Source: Chiloscyllium plagiosum
Lineage: Eukaryota
Length of the DNA: 64,000 nt
Reading direction: 5' to 3'
Assembly (NCBI RefSeq): GCF_004010195.1
Contig: NC_057719.1
Coordinates: 22,882,618 to 22,946,617, forward strand
Part shown: piece after piece, positions 39,361 through 51,800 of the stretch
Numbering within the stretch: position 1 is the stretch's first letter
Layout of the letters: every line of letters begins with the position of its first letter
Position numbers and translations under genes: made by a program
The notes under the pieces: generated by a model
What the model was told of the DNA's origin: nothing
The model's database searches: none
The model's input: the letters and a program-made list of their open reading frames with translations, nothing else

Positions 39361-40456
39361 TTGGTGCACAAAGGAATTTCTTTTAAATCTAACTCATAAC
39401 CTACATGCATTCTTGTGTAAATTTACTTTCCAGTTCTTCTATCCTTATCCATCTCAAATAATCTATTCAACTGGACAGGATCAAATTTCTTCATCATTTT
39501 AAAAGCTTCAATGATATATGTGCTAAAGATTGAGATGTAATTCTGCATACTCACTGCTCTAGTTCACCAGTCAGTTAAAAGGGTATCAGCTTCCTGTGTC
39601 TCAGCGATTTTAAGTGAAATTGTGCTCACCTAAACTTATATGTTACTGTTCCACTTGAAGGGCTTTCTTTTTTTTGTAGATTCAAATACGTGCCAATCAA
39701 AATAGAAAATTGTAACATGCAAGTAAAACACTCACTGTTACTCAAAGATCCAACCTTGATTGTGGATAATTTGACAATTTACGCTCAGACAATCTTTTAT
39801 TCTTCTAAGAGTCCAATGAATTAAATAACTAACTAACTCCAGGGGCTAAAAATTCAATGCTGCAGAAAATGGAGAATGTAATGCATCCATTCAAAATAAT
39901 AGGCAACTTTGTGTTCCTGACTGATTTAAATGCTAGTGGCATGCAATCCAGCACTAAATACATTGTTGATTGCCAGCCTCATCAAGGGTTCTAGTTTCCC
40001 AAGGAATTGGCGCTGCATAAAGGTCATCAGCACACTTCAGAGCCAGACACCATCAGCAGCTGGCTCATCAGCGAAGGTGGTGGGATAAGGAGGAGGGAGA
40101 ATTTGATAGATGGATTAGGGAGAAACATTCCACCTCCCGCCTTGGTCTCAGCTCAACCACTGGTCATGATCTCAATGGTGGCTGCCCCAATTATCGGCTC
40201 CAAAGATTGACTTATGAGTGAGGACATGCAACAGTCTGTCGGTCTCATTTCCCGAATTCTTAGCAGCTGCTTCTCCTAGTTTGGGATTGTCTTATATCAC
40301 TATTCCCATGGTGACGTATGTAATTTCCTCCATGTTAGCTCATATAATATATGCCAGAGAGGGTCAGGTTCTTATTGAGACAGTCATAAAGCTTACCAGC
40401 AACTAACTATGTACATCAATATGACTTCCTTACTTACGTCTACAGCCTGGATTATA

Positions 40457-40737
40457 GTTATTTTCATCAACCTGTTCATGCATGTTATGACGTACATCTA
40501 GAAGTAGTAGGACTTGAATCTGAGCCTCCTAGCTCAGAAATAGGGACACAACCACTGCACCACAGAACCCATAAAACATCATGTCATAGTTAGGATGCTT
40601 TATCATTTAGATACCTTACAATTATAAATATTTTAAGCAACCTGTTCAGGTGTGTTATGGCACACCTCTGGAACAAGTGGGACTTGAGCCCAGATTGGAG
40701 GAAGAATGCTACCATTGCACCACAAGAGCCCCACGGT
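40457..40737 (-). mobile_element. Dimeric tRNA-derived SINE with 10 bp TSD
   Basis: Two related ~105 bp units. TSD CTGGATTATA at 40447-40456 and 40738-40747. Confidence 0.7.
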
Positions 40738-40799
40738 CTGGATTATATGCTCACTGACATCACTGCTATATTACATACATAGAATTAAATTACTGACCA

Positions 40800-43090
40800 T
40801 AACATCTTCTATACGTATGTGAAGACAAATGTTGGCCCCTAAAAGTCAGAAGTATATTGAGAACAAAAATGACAGAAGCACTGAGCATATACTTAGGTTC
40901 TGTCTTGACAAAAGAGGGCATATATAAAGTCCCAGAAATGTTAAGAAAGTATCTAGTGAGTGGACAGAAATGAAAAAAATCAGCATTTGTAATAAAATGT
41001 TGCTGGCAAAATTAATGGGGTTAAAAGCTGACAAATCACCAGGGATTACTAATCAACATTAAAGAGGTCTGAAGGAAGTGGCTCTGGAAATATCGGATGC
41101 ATTGGCAGCCATCTTCCAACTTTCTATCAACTGTTGAGCAGTTCCTACAGACTGGAGAATGAAAACATAGCCCTACTATTTAAAAATGGAAGGAGTGAAA
41201 AAGCAAAGAGTTACTGACCAGTTAGCTCAGCCGCTGTAGTGAGAAAATTGCTGGAGTCCAATATAAAAGAGATAATAACAAAAAATTTGGAATGCATTAA
41301 ATGGATTGAACAAAGCCAGCATAGCTTTATGAAAGACATCATGTTTAATACAGCTACTGGATTTTCTTGAGGATTTGACCAGTAGAATAGACAAGGGGGA
41401 ACCAGGTGATGCAGTATATTTTGATTTTCAGAAGGCCTTGAGAGGATTCTTCATGAGAAGTGTTATGACTAGACAAATCCCCTCAAAATATTCAGAAGAT
41501 AGTCCGACCTTTTCTTATTGAAAGGTAAATGTAAAGTCTTATATTCCAGGTATAATTTGATTGGTCAAACGACCGGATTTGAAGCAAAACATAGTCTAAC
41601 CATCCACTATAGCTAAAATACAACAAAAAAAAAGAATTATAATAACTTAACTCTATTGGAAAACTCAATAGAATAATATATATAGTAACTATGACTAATT
41701 AACTGTTCCAATATTGTAACATCCCATAAACACACCCTTGACAAAAGGCAAATTCATACAATAGATTGTCTCACAGGCAACTCCCATAACAGGCAGAGAA
41801 TCACCAGCTGTCAGCTGTAACTGAGACAATAAAAGAAATTGTTTCAAAAATAGAAATTGCTGGAAAAGGTCTGGGAGCAATTTTAATTCTTGTCTCTCAT
41901 TTACAGCATCTGCAGTTCTTTCAGTTTTTATTTTAAAAAATTGCTTCAAGACTCCAACAGAAACTGCTGGAAAGCAAAAAAACTAAAGGTCCTAGTTCTG
42001 TGCGAGCTTGACCACATCCATTCAGGCTGCTTCTATTGTTCCAACTTTGAAAGAAAACCCAAGGCCTCACCTGCTGTTTACTCCAGTGGCTCTGGCCTTA
42101 AAACCTCTCTTAAATAAAAGAGAAGACAAAATACACCCCCTGAAGCCACAGTATCATCACAGGAACAAGTGTGAAAAGTTGAAGCACATGAGATAGCAGA
42201 TAATATATTTTCATGGGTTGAGATTTGGTTAGAGATAGGAAACAGAGTGGGAATAAATGGGTCATTTTCCGAGTGGCAGGCAGTGATGAGTTGGGTACTA
42301 CAAGGATCAGTGCTTCAGTTCTAGCTATCCACAATGTGTTCAGGGTGAGGGATCCAATGCAGCATTACCAAGTTTGCTTATGACACAAAACTGGGTGGGA
42401 TTGTGAGTTGTGAGAAGGATGCAAGAAGAATTCTAGGTGTCTTAAACAAGTTGAGTGAGCAGGCAAACATATGGCTGATGTAATACAAAGTAGCTAAATG
42501 CGAAGTTAATCAGTTCAATGTCAAAAACAGAAAGGGTGACTATTAATTAAATGGCAATATATTGCAAAGTGTGGATGACAAGATCTTTCTTTCATAAAGA
42601 TGTATTAAACATGATTTGGCTTTCACAAAGGCCTCTGGGAGTCCTTGTATATCAGTCAATAAAGTGAACAAGGAGGTGCCACAAGCAATTAGGTAAACAA
42701 ATGGTATATTGGCCTTCAGTGCCAGAGGGATTAAGTTCAGAATTAAGGATGTCTTACTACAGTTATACATGGCCTTAGAGAAATACATCTGATGCATTGC
42801 ATGCAGCTTTGGTCTCCATACCTAAGAAACAATAAACTTGCCATGGAGGGACTACAGCACACGTTCACTATGCTAATACTGGGGATAGAGGACTGTCCTG
42901 TGCGGAGGGTTTGGTTTGACTGGACCTGTATTCACTAATGCTTAAAAAAATGAAACGGCATTGGATTGAAATGTAAACAATTTTAATAGGGCTGAACAGA
43001 TCAGAAGCAGGGAGGAACTTCCTCTGGTTGAGGAGTGGAGAGTTAGTGGATGTAGACTCGGGATGCAAAGTTGGCCATTTAATATGTGGA
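40800..43090 (+). mobile_element. Old CR1 LINE RT region interrupted by a solo LTR
   Basis: GATTTTCAGAAGGCCTT lies before the LTR. CAAGGATCAGTGCTT and AAGTTTGCTTATGACACAAAACTGGGTGG lie after it. Confidence 0.85.
41461..42161. mobile_element. Solo LTR (probably Gypsy-type)
   Basis: TGTTATGA...TCATCACA termini (7/8 inverted match). It interrupts the CR1 RT, and its start resembles 49495-49634. The TSD is imperfect. Confidence 0.7.
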
Positions 43091-43309
43091 ATATTTACTA
43101 TTTAGTATTTAAGTCAGTGGAGAAGAGTGTCTGAATCAGAGGAGAGTAAAAATGCCAAAAAGTCATATTTTCTATTCCATTACTCAAGACCTTGACGTAA
43201 GGGGTGGAAAGGAGGACAGAGATCCTCTGTTTGTAAAGATTGGCCTACATACAACTACTGGATGAAGTGATGGAAACACTTTACTGATCCCACTCAACTG
43301 GTCTTACCA

Positions 43310-44225
43310 TTTTAAAAAACAGTGGCTACAAGAAGCAGGTCAGATGCTAGGAATACTGTGGCATGTAATTCACCTCCTGATTCCCCAAAGCCTGTCCACC
43401 GTCTACAAGGCAGAAGTCAGGAATGTGCTGGAATGCTCCCCACTTGCCTTAATGTGTCCACTACAACAGCACTCAAGAAGCTTGATACCATCCAGGACAA
43501 AGCAGTCAACTTGACTAGCAGCACATCCACAAGCACCGATTCCCTCCACCACTGACATTCAGTAACAGGCAGTGTGTTCCATTGAAACCAAAGCTCTGTA
43601 GACAAAATCTTCCTAACCCATGAGCATCTCCACCTGGAAGGATAAGGGCAGCAGATAAATTGGAACACCAACACCTCTCCAAGCCACTCACCATCCCAAC
43701 TTGGAAATATATGGGCGGCACGGTGGAACAGTGGTCAGCACTGCTGCCTCACAGCGCCAGAGACCCGGGTTCAATTCCCGCCTCAGACGACTGACTGTGT
43801 AGAGTTTGCACGTTCTCCCCGTGTCTGCGTGGGTTTCCTCCGGGTGCTCCTGTTTCCTCCCACTGTCACAAACGATGTGCATTTCAGGTGAATTGGCCAT
43901 GCTAAATTGCCTGTAGTGTTAGGTAAGGGGTAAATGCAGGGGTATAGGTGGGTTGCGCTTCGGCGGGTCGGTGTGGGCTTGTTGGGCCGAAGGGCCTGTT
44001 TCCACACTGTAATGTAATCTAATCTAAAAAGAAACATATCACTGTTCCTGCACTGGTTAAAAATCCTGGAATTCCCTACTGAACAGCATTGTGAGTCTAC
44101 CTACAGCACATGGAGTGCAGTGATTCAAGAAGGCAGATCATCACTACCTTCTCAAGAGCAACTAGGGATGGACAATAAATGCTGGCCAGCCAGTGACACC
44201 CACATCCACAAGTGAACTAGAAAAA
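43310..44225 (+). mobile_element. Second-family LINE 3' part with a HE1 insertion
   Basis: TTALKKLDTIQDKAV motif. The element resumes after the SINE and ends in a GTGAA tail. Confidence 0.8.
43713..44030 (+). mobile_element. HE1-type V-SINE
   Basis: Full head, V domain and tail. TSD-like GAAA(T/C)ATAT. Confidence 0.95.
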
Positions 44226-45359
44226 GGATGCTAATGAGTTCTGCTGCAATGATCCCAGATGAGATCATTGATGGGCAGCATGCAGAAACGGGTTAATGAG
44301 CATGCACACAGAAATGCGAGCTGCATTGACAGGTCTGCCAAATCGACTGCTGTCACTGTCAAGGAACATGAAGGTTGTTGTGTTTTATGCTTTGGATACA
44401 TGCAGGAGTGAAGACGAGCTTTATTTGCAATGCATGATGCTTTATTCCCATGCTTAAAGCAGCTAGCTTCATTTACCACAACTGAGATTAACTATTCATA
44501 CTCAATAAGGAGTCAACAGAAACACATAATCAAACACCAAATAATTAAAATTGAACACTATAGAGGTGCTGTCACTCCTTAACATTGCAGAGAGCCCATA
44601 TCTTAACTTGGAAGCTATGTCCAATACCTTGAGAGTGTTTGTGAGGCCAGCTATGATGCAGTATCTGATGGCTGATGCTGCAATTTCAGTTACAGTGTAA
44701 ACAGGAGCCTCCTACTCCTGAGTGCTGCTGCTGGTTAGACTGAGGCATGAAATTGTAAACCTTAGACTATTACCATCATGGTTCAGAGGCAGTTTCAGGA
44801 TCTCACATCAATTCGTCAATCTACTCAAGCAGATTACCAGAACTGCTGATGCACTAGTGAAAATTGACTAAATATTCGACTTTCAATGTTTGACTTTAAT
44901 ATCGGAAACTTTCGTGGAGTAGAAATTGCTTTTTTTGGAGACAGGACATTACATGGTCTAAAATTGCGGCAAGTAGACTTTTCCCACTGGTTGGACAAAC
45001 AAGTCTAAACAACACTTACAAAAGTGCTGGTAACTTGCTTTTAAGAAAGACAACGAGTCCTTCCAGAATTTTTGGATTTAAAAATAACTCTTTTCCCATT
45101 TCAGTCCATAAATAAAGAATATGAAAAAAAAAAGGTCTTTTCAAGGGATTCGGTTCAAAATGATCCCAAGGGGAAACAATAAAATTGGACTAAGGAAACC
45201 AAATCATTTCTTCAAAAGCTGTTCATATAAACAGTGCATCTGTAAAAAGGCTTATTTGTGTATCTAAGATCAAAGGGGCTACAATGTCTACATTTGTTAT
45301 TAACCATTTGGTGCACTGGGACAAAATAAATTAGTAAAAACTAAAACCTTGCGAGAACT

Positions 45360-45760
45360 TTGCCTGGACTGTCAGAGGCTGAGAGATGACCTTGTAGAGG
45401 TTTATAAAACTATGAAGGGCATGGATAGGGTGAATAACCAAAGTCTTTTTCCCCAGAGTAAGGGAACCCAAAGCTAGAGGACATAGGTTTAAAGTGAGAG
45501 GGGAAAGATTTAAAGTGAACATAAGGAGCAACGTTTTCAAGCAGAGTGCGTAGCGTGTAAGGAATGGGATGCCAGAGGAAGTGTTGGCAGCTGCTACAAT
45601 AACCACATTTAAAAGGTATCTGAATGGTTACATAAATAGGAAGGATTTATAGGGATATGGGCCAAATGTTGGCAAATGGGATGAGATTAATTTAGGTTGG
45701 CATTGATGAGTTAGACTGGCAGGTCTGATTCCATGCTGTACATCTCGATGGTACTACGAC
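45360..45760 (+). mobile_element. CR1/HER1 3' end
   Basis: Matches 23060-23445. Confidence 0.88.
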
Positions 45761-46208
45761 TCAAGTTAAAGGAATAGCTAAATAGTTAGAGGTTGAATTC
45801 TGTCTGAAAGCTAGGGAAACAGAAATTGGTAAAATATCTACAGTTAGAAAGTGAGCACAGTGAAACAGATTAATCAAAACTGGAGGAGCAGAAATTAAAA
45901 ATAGAATTCCAAAAGAGGTTTCCTGGAGTGGGTTGGTGGGGGAGAAAGGGGGAGAGGGAAAGAGCATAAGAGAGAGAGGGAATAGAAGAGAGAGAGAGAG
46001 ACAGCAGACGAGACAAGACAGAGATTGGGAGAAGAAAAGAAGAGAGAGAGAATCCCAGGTAAGGTAGAATGAGTGAGAAAAGGGAATTTAAATCAAGCCA
46101 GATTGAGTTGAGACAGAAGACTGAAAACAACTTTAATGAGGGAAACACACCTAACAAGACATAGGGACAACATTTAATCCCTACGTTTCATGAGAACAAA
46201 ATGGATGC

Positions 46209-46470
46209 TTAGATTTCTTACAGGGTATAAACAGGCCCTTTGGCCCAACAAGTCCACACCGATCCACACATTTACCCCTTACCTAACACTACAGACAATT
46301 TAACATGGCCAATTCACCTAACCTGCACATCTTCTGGACTGTGGGAGGAAACTGGAGCAAACCCACACAGACACGGGGAGGATATGCAAACTCCACACAG
46401 TCAGTCGCCTGAGGCAGGAATTGAACCTGGGTCCCTGGTGCTATGAGGCAGCAGTGCTAACCACCGTGCC
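46209..46470 (-). mobile_element. HE1-type V-SINE
   Basis: Diverged HE1 copy. Confidence 0.9.
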
Positions 46471-48075
46471 TTCTTTATTATTTTGGAAATGTTACCACAG
46501 TAACTAATGAGAAGTTCAACAATGGCTACTGCTGTCACAGAGCAAGCTGATGGGGAAATCTCATGAAATGTACTATCCCTTACCTAAGGATGATGTCACT
46601 GATTGAGGTGATAAAAGAGGTCATTTTTAATGCATATCAATTAATGTCAGAGGTGTACAGGCAAAAATTGCACTGGGTGGGTTACTCTTCAGAGGGTCAG
46701 TGTGGACTTGTTGGGCTGAAGGGCCTGTTTCCATACTGTAGGGAATCTAATCTAACGCTCTTCCTAACTGTGCTGTGGGTACATACAGGCCAAAGGACTT
46801 AACAGTTCAAGAAGGCAGCTCACCACCACTTCCTCTAGTAATGAACAATAAGTGCTGGTCTATGCCCACATCCCCAAATAAATAATTAAAAAACTGCATT
46901 CAAAACAAAACAGTTAAGATAATTGTCTAACTAATAAAAATTATTAATGAAAGATGTTCAAAATATGTCACCAACTATATGAAGTGTGTTACTTCTTAAT
47001 AACTAATTATCTTCATGTCGCATTTTTTTTTAAAAAAGGTTTGCATGTGCCCACATGGGAGAAAAAAACAGATAAATCATAGACCAAATGGGTAATCCCA
47101 TAACCCAGGCATTTCAAACATCAAGAAGCTCTCATCACCTCTGGCAGCACTTATTACTGAGGATTCACACTCAATGTCAGACCTTGACTCCTGTTAGCAG
47201 CTCGACCATCATATAAGTTCAACTCTGGTTCTCAATCTGCTGAGGTGGTGCTGCTTTTTCTGAGATTTTCACTGTAGTGCAGAAGTAAATGGCATAACCT
47301 ATAATCAACAAAGAATGCTGAGTGCTAGATGGAAGAATTGACTTAGTATAGGTTCATATTCATAAAAGGATTTATTTCTGATGATACTTATCCATCACAA
47401 ATTTTAAGCAGAATTCCTCATGCTCTCAATAAATCAGATTTCCTTCACTTCAGATCTTGATGCAAACAAAATCCTGATTAGTTTGAATATTTTTTCCTTA
47501 CAAGATTTATGTGACTCATCATACTGTGAAGTCTATTTCCACCTGAATCTATGATCATCAAGGAATACATCACTAGAGTGTTGTAATTATAATTAGATGC
47601 TTTCCATTTGCTACTGTCAGAAATACAGATTATATTCTCAAGACAATTTGAATGCTATTGCTGTTTTTAAAAAGTGAATTGTATTGACAAACACTCCCTC
47701 TCTCCAAACTGTCTGAGCTCACTTAATTGTGTGGGTTATTACAAGAATATACCTATTGGATAAAGTTTAATTTGTTTTAAGATTGATATCAAAAGCAAAA
47801 TTAGAAGAAAGCAAGAATTGGAAATGGGGTATGATAAAGCAGATAAACAAGTGTGGCTGGGGAGTGGGAACCAGAGCAACAGGTCAGTAAATGTAGAGAC
47901 CTACAGTGTAAGTACAGAGGAAGAGCAGTCAGGGAGAGATTGCTGAGCTCAGTGGAACTAAAGGCTGGGACTGTATTTGCTTCAATGCAAGAAGTATAAC
48001 AGGTAAAATGGATGAACGCCGTGCCTGGATTAATGCATGCAATTATGGTGTTGTTGCTATCACAGACATATGGTT

Positions 48076-48416
48076 CATAGAATCCTTACAGTGTGGAAGC
48101 AGGCTACTCGGCCCATCAAGTCTACATTGACCCTCCGAAGAGCATCCCACACCAACCAACCCCCTACCCAATCCCTGTAATTTCTCTGACTGATCGACCT
48201 AGTGCACACATCTCTGGACACTATGGACAATTCAGCATGGACAATCCAGTAACCAGCACATCTTTGGATTGTGGGAGGAAATTGGAACACCTAGAGGAAA
48301 CCCATAGAGACACGGAAAATGTGCAAACTTCTCACAGACAGTCACCTGCGGATGGAATCAAACCCAGATCCCTGGCACTATGAGGCAGCAGTGCTAACTA
48401 CTAAGCCACTGTGCCT
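48076..48416 (-). mobile_element. HE1-type V-SINE (older copy)
   Basis: Diverged HE1 copy inside the CR1. Confidence 0.88.
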
Positions 48417-48651
48417 CTCTAGGTTAAAAGACGGACAAGATTGGCAGCTTAACATTCTGGGATATGGATGGTTTAGACGAGACAAACGAGGAAGCAAAAG
48501 AGGTGAAGGAGTTGCATGACTGGTTAGGGAGCATATCACAGCTGTGGTAAAGGAGTAATGTTTTGAAGATGCCGGCGTTGGACTGGGGTGTACAAAGTTA
48601 AAAATCACACAACACCAGGTTATAGTCCAACAGGTTTAATTGGAAGCACAC

Positions 48652-48680
48652 TAGCTTTCGGAGCAACACTCCTTCATCAG
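48652..48680 (-). ncRNA. Type I hammerhead ribozyme motif (PLE-C), core intact
   Basis: RC reads CTGATGA-A-GGAGT-GTT-GCTCC-GAAAG-CTA. Confidence 0.82.
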
Positions 48681-48878
48681 GTGATTGTGGAAGGCTCGAT
48701 CGTAACACAGAATTTATAGCAAAAATTTGCAGTGTGATGTAACTGAAATTATACATTGAAAAATTGATTGTCTGTTAAGCCTTTCATCTGTTAGAATACA
48801 GTGATAGTTTCACTTCTTACATTCACACTGCAAATTTTTGCTATAAATCTTTGTTACGATCGAGCCCTCCACAATCAC

Positions 48879-48907
48879 CTGATGAAGGAGCGTCGCTCCG
48901 AAAGCTA
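48879..48907 (+). ncRNA. Type I hammerhead ribozyme motif (PLE-C), core intact
   Basis: CTGATGA-A-GGAGC-GTC-GCTCC-GAAAG-CTA. Helix I is CAC/GTG and helix III is minimal and palindromic (AGCT). Confidence 0.88.
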
Positions 48908-49957
48908 GTGCTTCCAATTAAACCTGTTGGACTATAACCTGGTGTTGTGTGATTTTTAAATAAGTAGCTATGGGAGATAGTAGGAGAATATAACCTAGCA
49001 TTACACAGTGTAGGGTTTAATGTGCTCTGCAAGCTTATTTTAATAACCTATTCACCTTCGGTTTCTGCACCAGGTCACAACACTGACCATCATACCTTGG
49101 CTGTTGTTTTTCATTGTACAAACAATGTGGATGTGTGATGCAGATTTCCAACCCACTGACTCTATGAGATTTTAATGGGGATACCCTCTAAATTGCCACG
49201 GAAACACATTTTCCGTCCAGTTAGGGGCAGAGGGTAAGCTTTGAAATTGGGAGTACCAGGCAGAAGCCTTCCAGTTTGAGAAGAGCAGTTGGCTCTGAAA
49301 TGGAATTGCTCTATCAATTGCCTGTTTAATTCAGGAACTAGGTTGTCACTGTGATGGAGTACTGTTGAAAGGTGGTATGGATTCTCTCTGTGGGATAGCT
49401 GGTAGTCACAGTTTTTGATAGCTTTGCTGGCTCGTATCCTGCATCCAAAGTACATTCCAGAGATAGGCTGAAGCTGGACAACTAGTACAATGGTGTTATG
49501 GCCCAGACCAAACTCCCTCAAACTATACAGAAGAACATACAGACTCTAACCTTTTCTTATTTTAAAGATAAATGTTAGGAATTGCATTTCAGATGCAATT
49601 CAATTGGTTGAACTCTCGGATTTGAGCTGAAAAACTGCATGAATTTATGTAAAACTCTGTTATTTCACTTTTTAGATTAGAATCAATCTAAACATCATGG
49701 CATAGACAGAGAACACAGGGGGTCAGCACCTTCAACATATTGTCTAGCTATCACCATTGTTAACAGCTAACCCGAGAATGCAACTTTAAAAATAAAAGGG
49801 TTTTGTGATTTACACATGTAAGAAGTGAAACTATCACGGTATTCTAACAGATGAAAGGCTTAACAGACAATCAATTTTTCAATGTATAATTTCAGTTACA
49901 TCACACTGCAAATTTTTGCTATAAATTCCGTGTTACGATCGAGCCTTCCACAATCAC

Positions 49958-49986
49958 CTGATGAAGGAGCGTCGCTCTGAAAGCTA
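49958..49986 (+). ncRNA. Type I hammerhead ribozyme motif (PLE-C), core intact
   Basis: CTGATGA-A-GGAGC-GTC-GCTCT-GAAAG-CTA, with a G-U pair at the base of helix II. Confidence 0.83.
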
Positions 49987-51105
49987 GTGTGCTTCCAATT
50001 AAACCTGTTGGACTTATAACCTGGTGTTGTGTGATTTTTAACGTGGTAAAGGAGGACACCCTGGATGAATCTTGCAGTGAGGCATTATGGGTAGAGCTCA
50101 GGAATAGGAAGGATGCAATCACAATGCTGCCAGCGGGAAACCCCCTTAATGCTGGGGATTTGGATGGGATTGAATTTGTTAGGTGTATCCAGGAGGGTTG
50201 CTTGAAACAATATAAGGATAGTCCAGTGATGGACGGGTCCATACTGGACCCGGAATTGGGAAATGAACCCGGCAAGGTGAGCAAAGTTTCAGTGATGAAG
50301 CATTTTGGGAATAGCGATGGTAATTTCATACGTTTTCTGATACTTAGGGATAAGGACAAAAGTGAATCACAGATGAAAATGTTAAATTGGGGGAATGTCA
50401 GCTATACAGAATGAGACAAGAATTAAAGCATGTGGATTGGGAGCAGCTGTTTGAGGGTAAATCCACATCTGACATGTGGGTGTCTTTTAAGGATCAGGTT
50501 GTTAGAATGTAGTACTGCATGCTCCTGTGAAAATGACGGACAGGAATGGCAGGTTTCAGGAACCCTGGATGGCAGAGGAAATTATCAGCTTGGTCAAAAA
50601 AAAGGAAGCATTTGGAATGTCCAGGCAAGTAGAAATAGACAAAGTGCTTCAGAACATAGAGAAAATAGGAAGGAACCCAAATGGGGAGTTAGGAGAGCTA
50701 AAACGGGCTATGAAATGTCCTTGGCCAACAGGATTAAGAAGAATCCCAAGGCATTTAATACATATGTTAGGAGTAAGAGAGTAGTTAGGGAAAGAGTATG
50801 GGCACTCAAGGATAAAGGAGGGAGGTTATGAGTGGAGCCAGAGGAAATGTGTAATAACCTAAATGAGCACTTTACATCAGTATTCACCAAACAGAGGGAC
50901 AAGAGGGAGGTTGAGGTTAAGGAAAGGTTGGTGAATACTTTTGGGCAGATCAACAGAATGAAGGAGGAAGTGCTGAATGTCTTGAAATACGTTAAGGTAA
51001 ACAAGTCCCAGGAGCGGATTGGATTAATTCCAGGAGGCAAGGGAGGAAATAGCTGGGGCTTTAACTGATAAGTATGCATCCTCTCTAGCCTCAAGCAAGG
51101 TTCCA

Positions 51106-51800
51106 TAGGAGTCAGACAGTCATTGAGATGTACAGCACAGAAACAGCTTTGGTTCAACTCATCCATGCCAACCAGATAGCCTAAATTAATCTAGTTCTAT
51201 TTGCCAGCTTTGGCCCATACCCCTCTAAACCCTTCCTATTCATCTACCCATCCAGTTGCTTTTTAATTGTTGTAATTGTGCCCACCTCCACCACCTCTTC
51301 TGACAGCGCATTCCATACACGCACCACTTTCTGCATAAAAAGCTGCCCCTTAGGTTCTTTTTAAATCTTTCCTCACTCATCCTAAAGCTATGCCCACTAG
51401 TTCTGAACTCCCGTACTCTGGGAAAAAAGACCTTGGCTATTCACCTTATCCGTGCCCCTCATGATTTTATAAACTCTAAAAGGTCACCCTCTAGGGACAT
51501 CCATCGGGTCACCTGATGCTCCAGGGAAAACAGCCCCAGCCTATTCAGCCTCTCCCTATAGCTCAATCCCTTCAACGCTGACAACATCCTTATAATTTTT
51601 TTCTGAATCCTTTCAAGTTTCACAACATCTTTCAAATAGCAAGGAGAGCAGAATAGAATGCAGTACTCTAAAACTGGCCTCAATAATATCCTGTACAGCT
51701 GCAATATGACGTCCCAACTCCTATACTCAATGCACTGACCAATGAAGGCAAGCCTATCAAATCCGTTCTTCACTATCCTGTCTACCTGCATAATTTCCAG
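51106..51800 (-). mobile_element. CR1/HER1 3' part
   Basis: ORF 51459-51803 contains RPVLEYCILFCSP..SYRERLNRLGLFSLE. Confidence 0.92.

Larger units (their letters stand above)
48556..50042 (+). mobile_element. Composite non-autonomous PLE (family C): inverted pLTR + pLTR + ~670 bp cargo + longer pLTR, with 12 bp TSD
   Basis: TSD GTGGTAAAGGAG at 48544-48555 and 50043-50054. Direct repeats at 48823-48959 and 49901-50041. The arm at 48597-48822 is the RC of ~49816-50042. Confidence 0.85.
47830..51105 (+). mobile_element. CR1 LINE (EN to RT start) carrying nested HE1 and PLE-composite insertions
   Basis: WQLNILGY..FRRD...RGEGVA, EALWVELRN and EHFTSVFT motifs. Confidence 0.88.

Noticed and set aside
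45940..46090. GA-rich polypurine tract
   Set aside because: Ordinary low-complexity sequence with no further structure.
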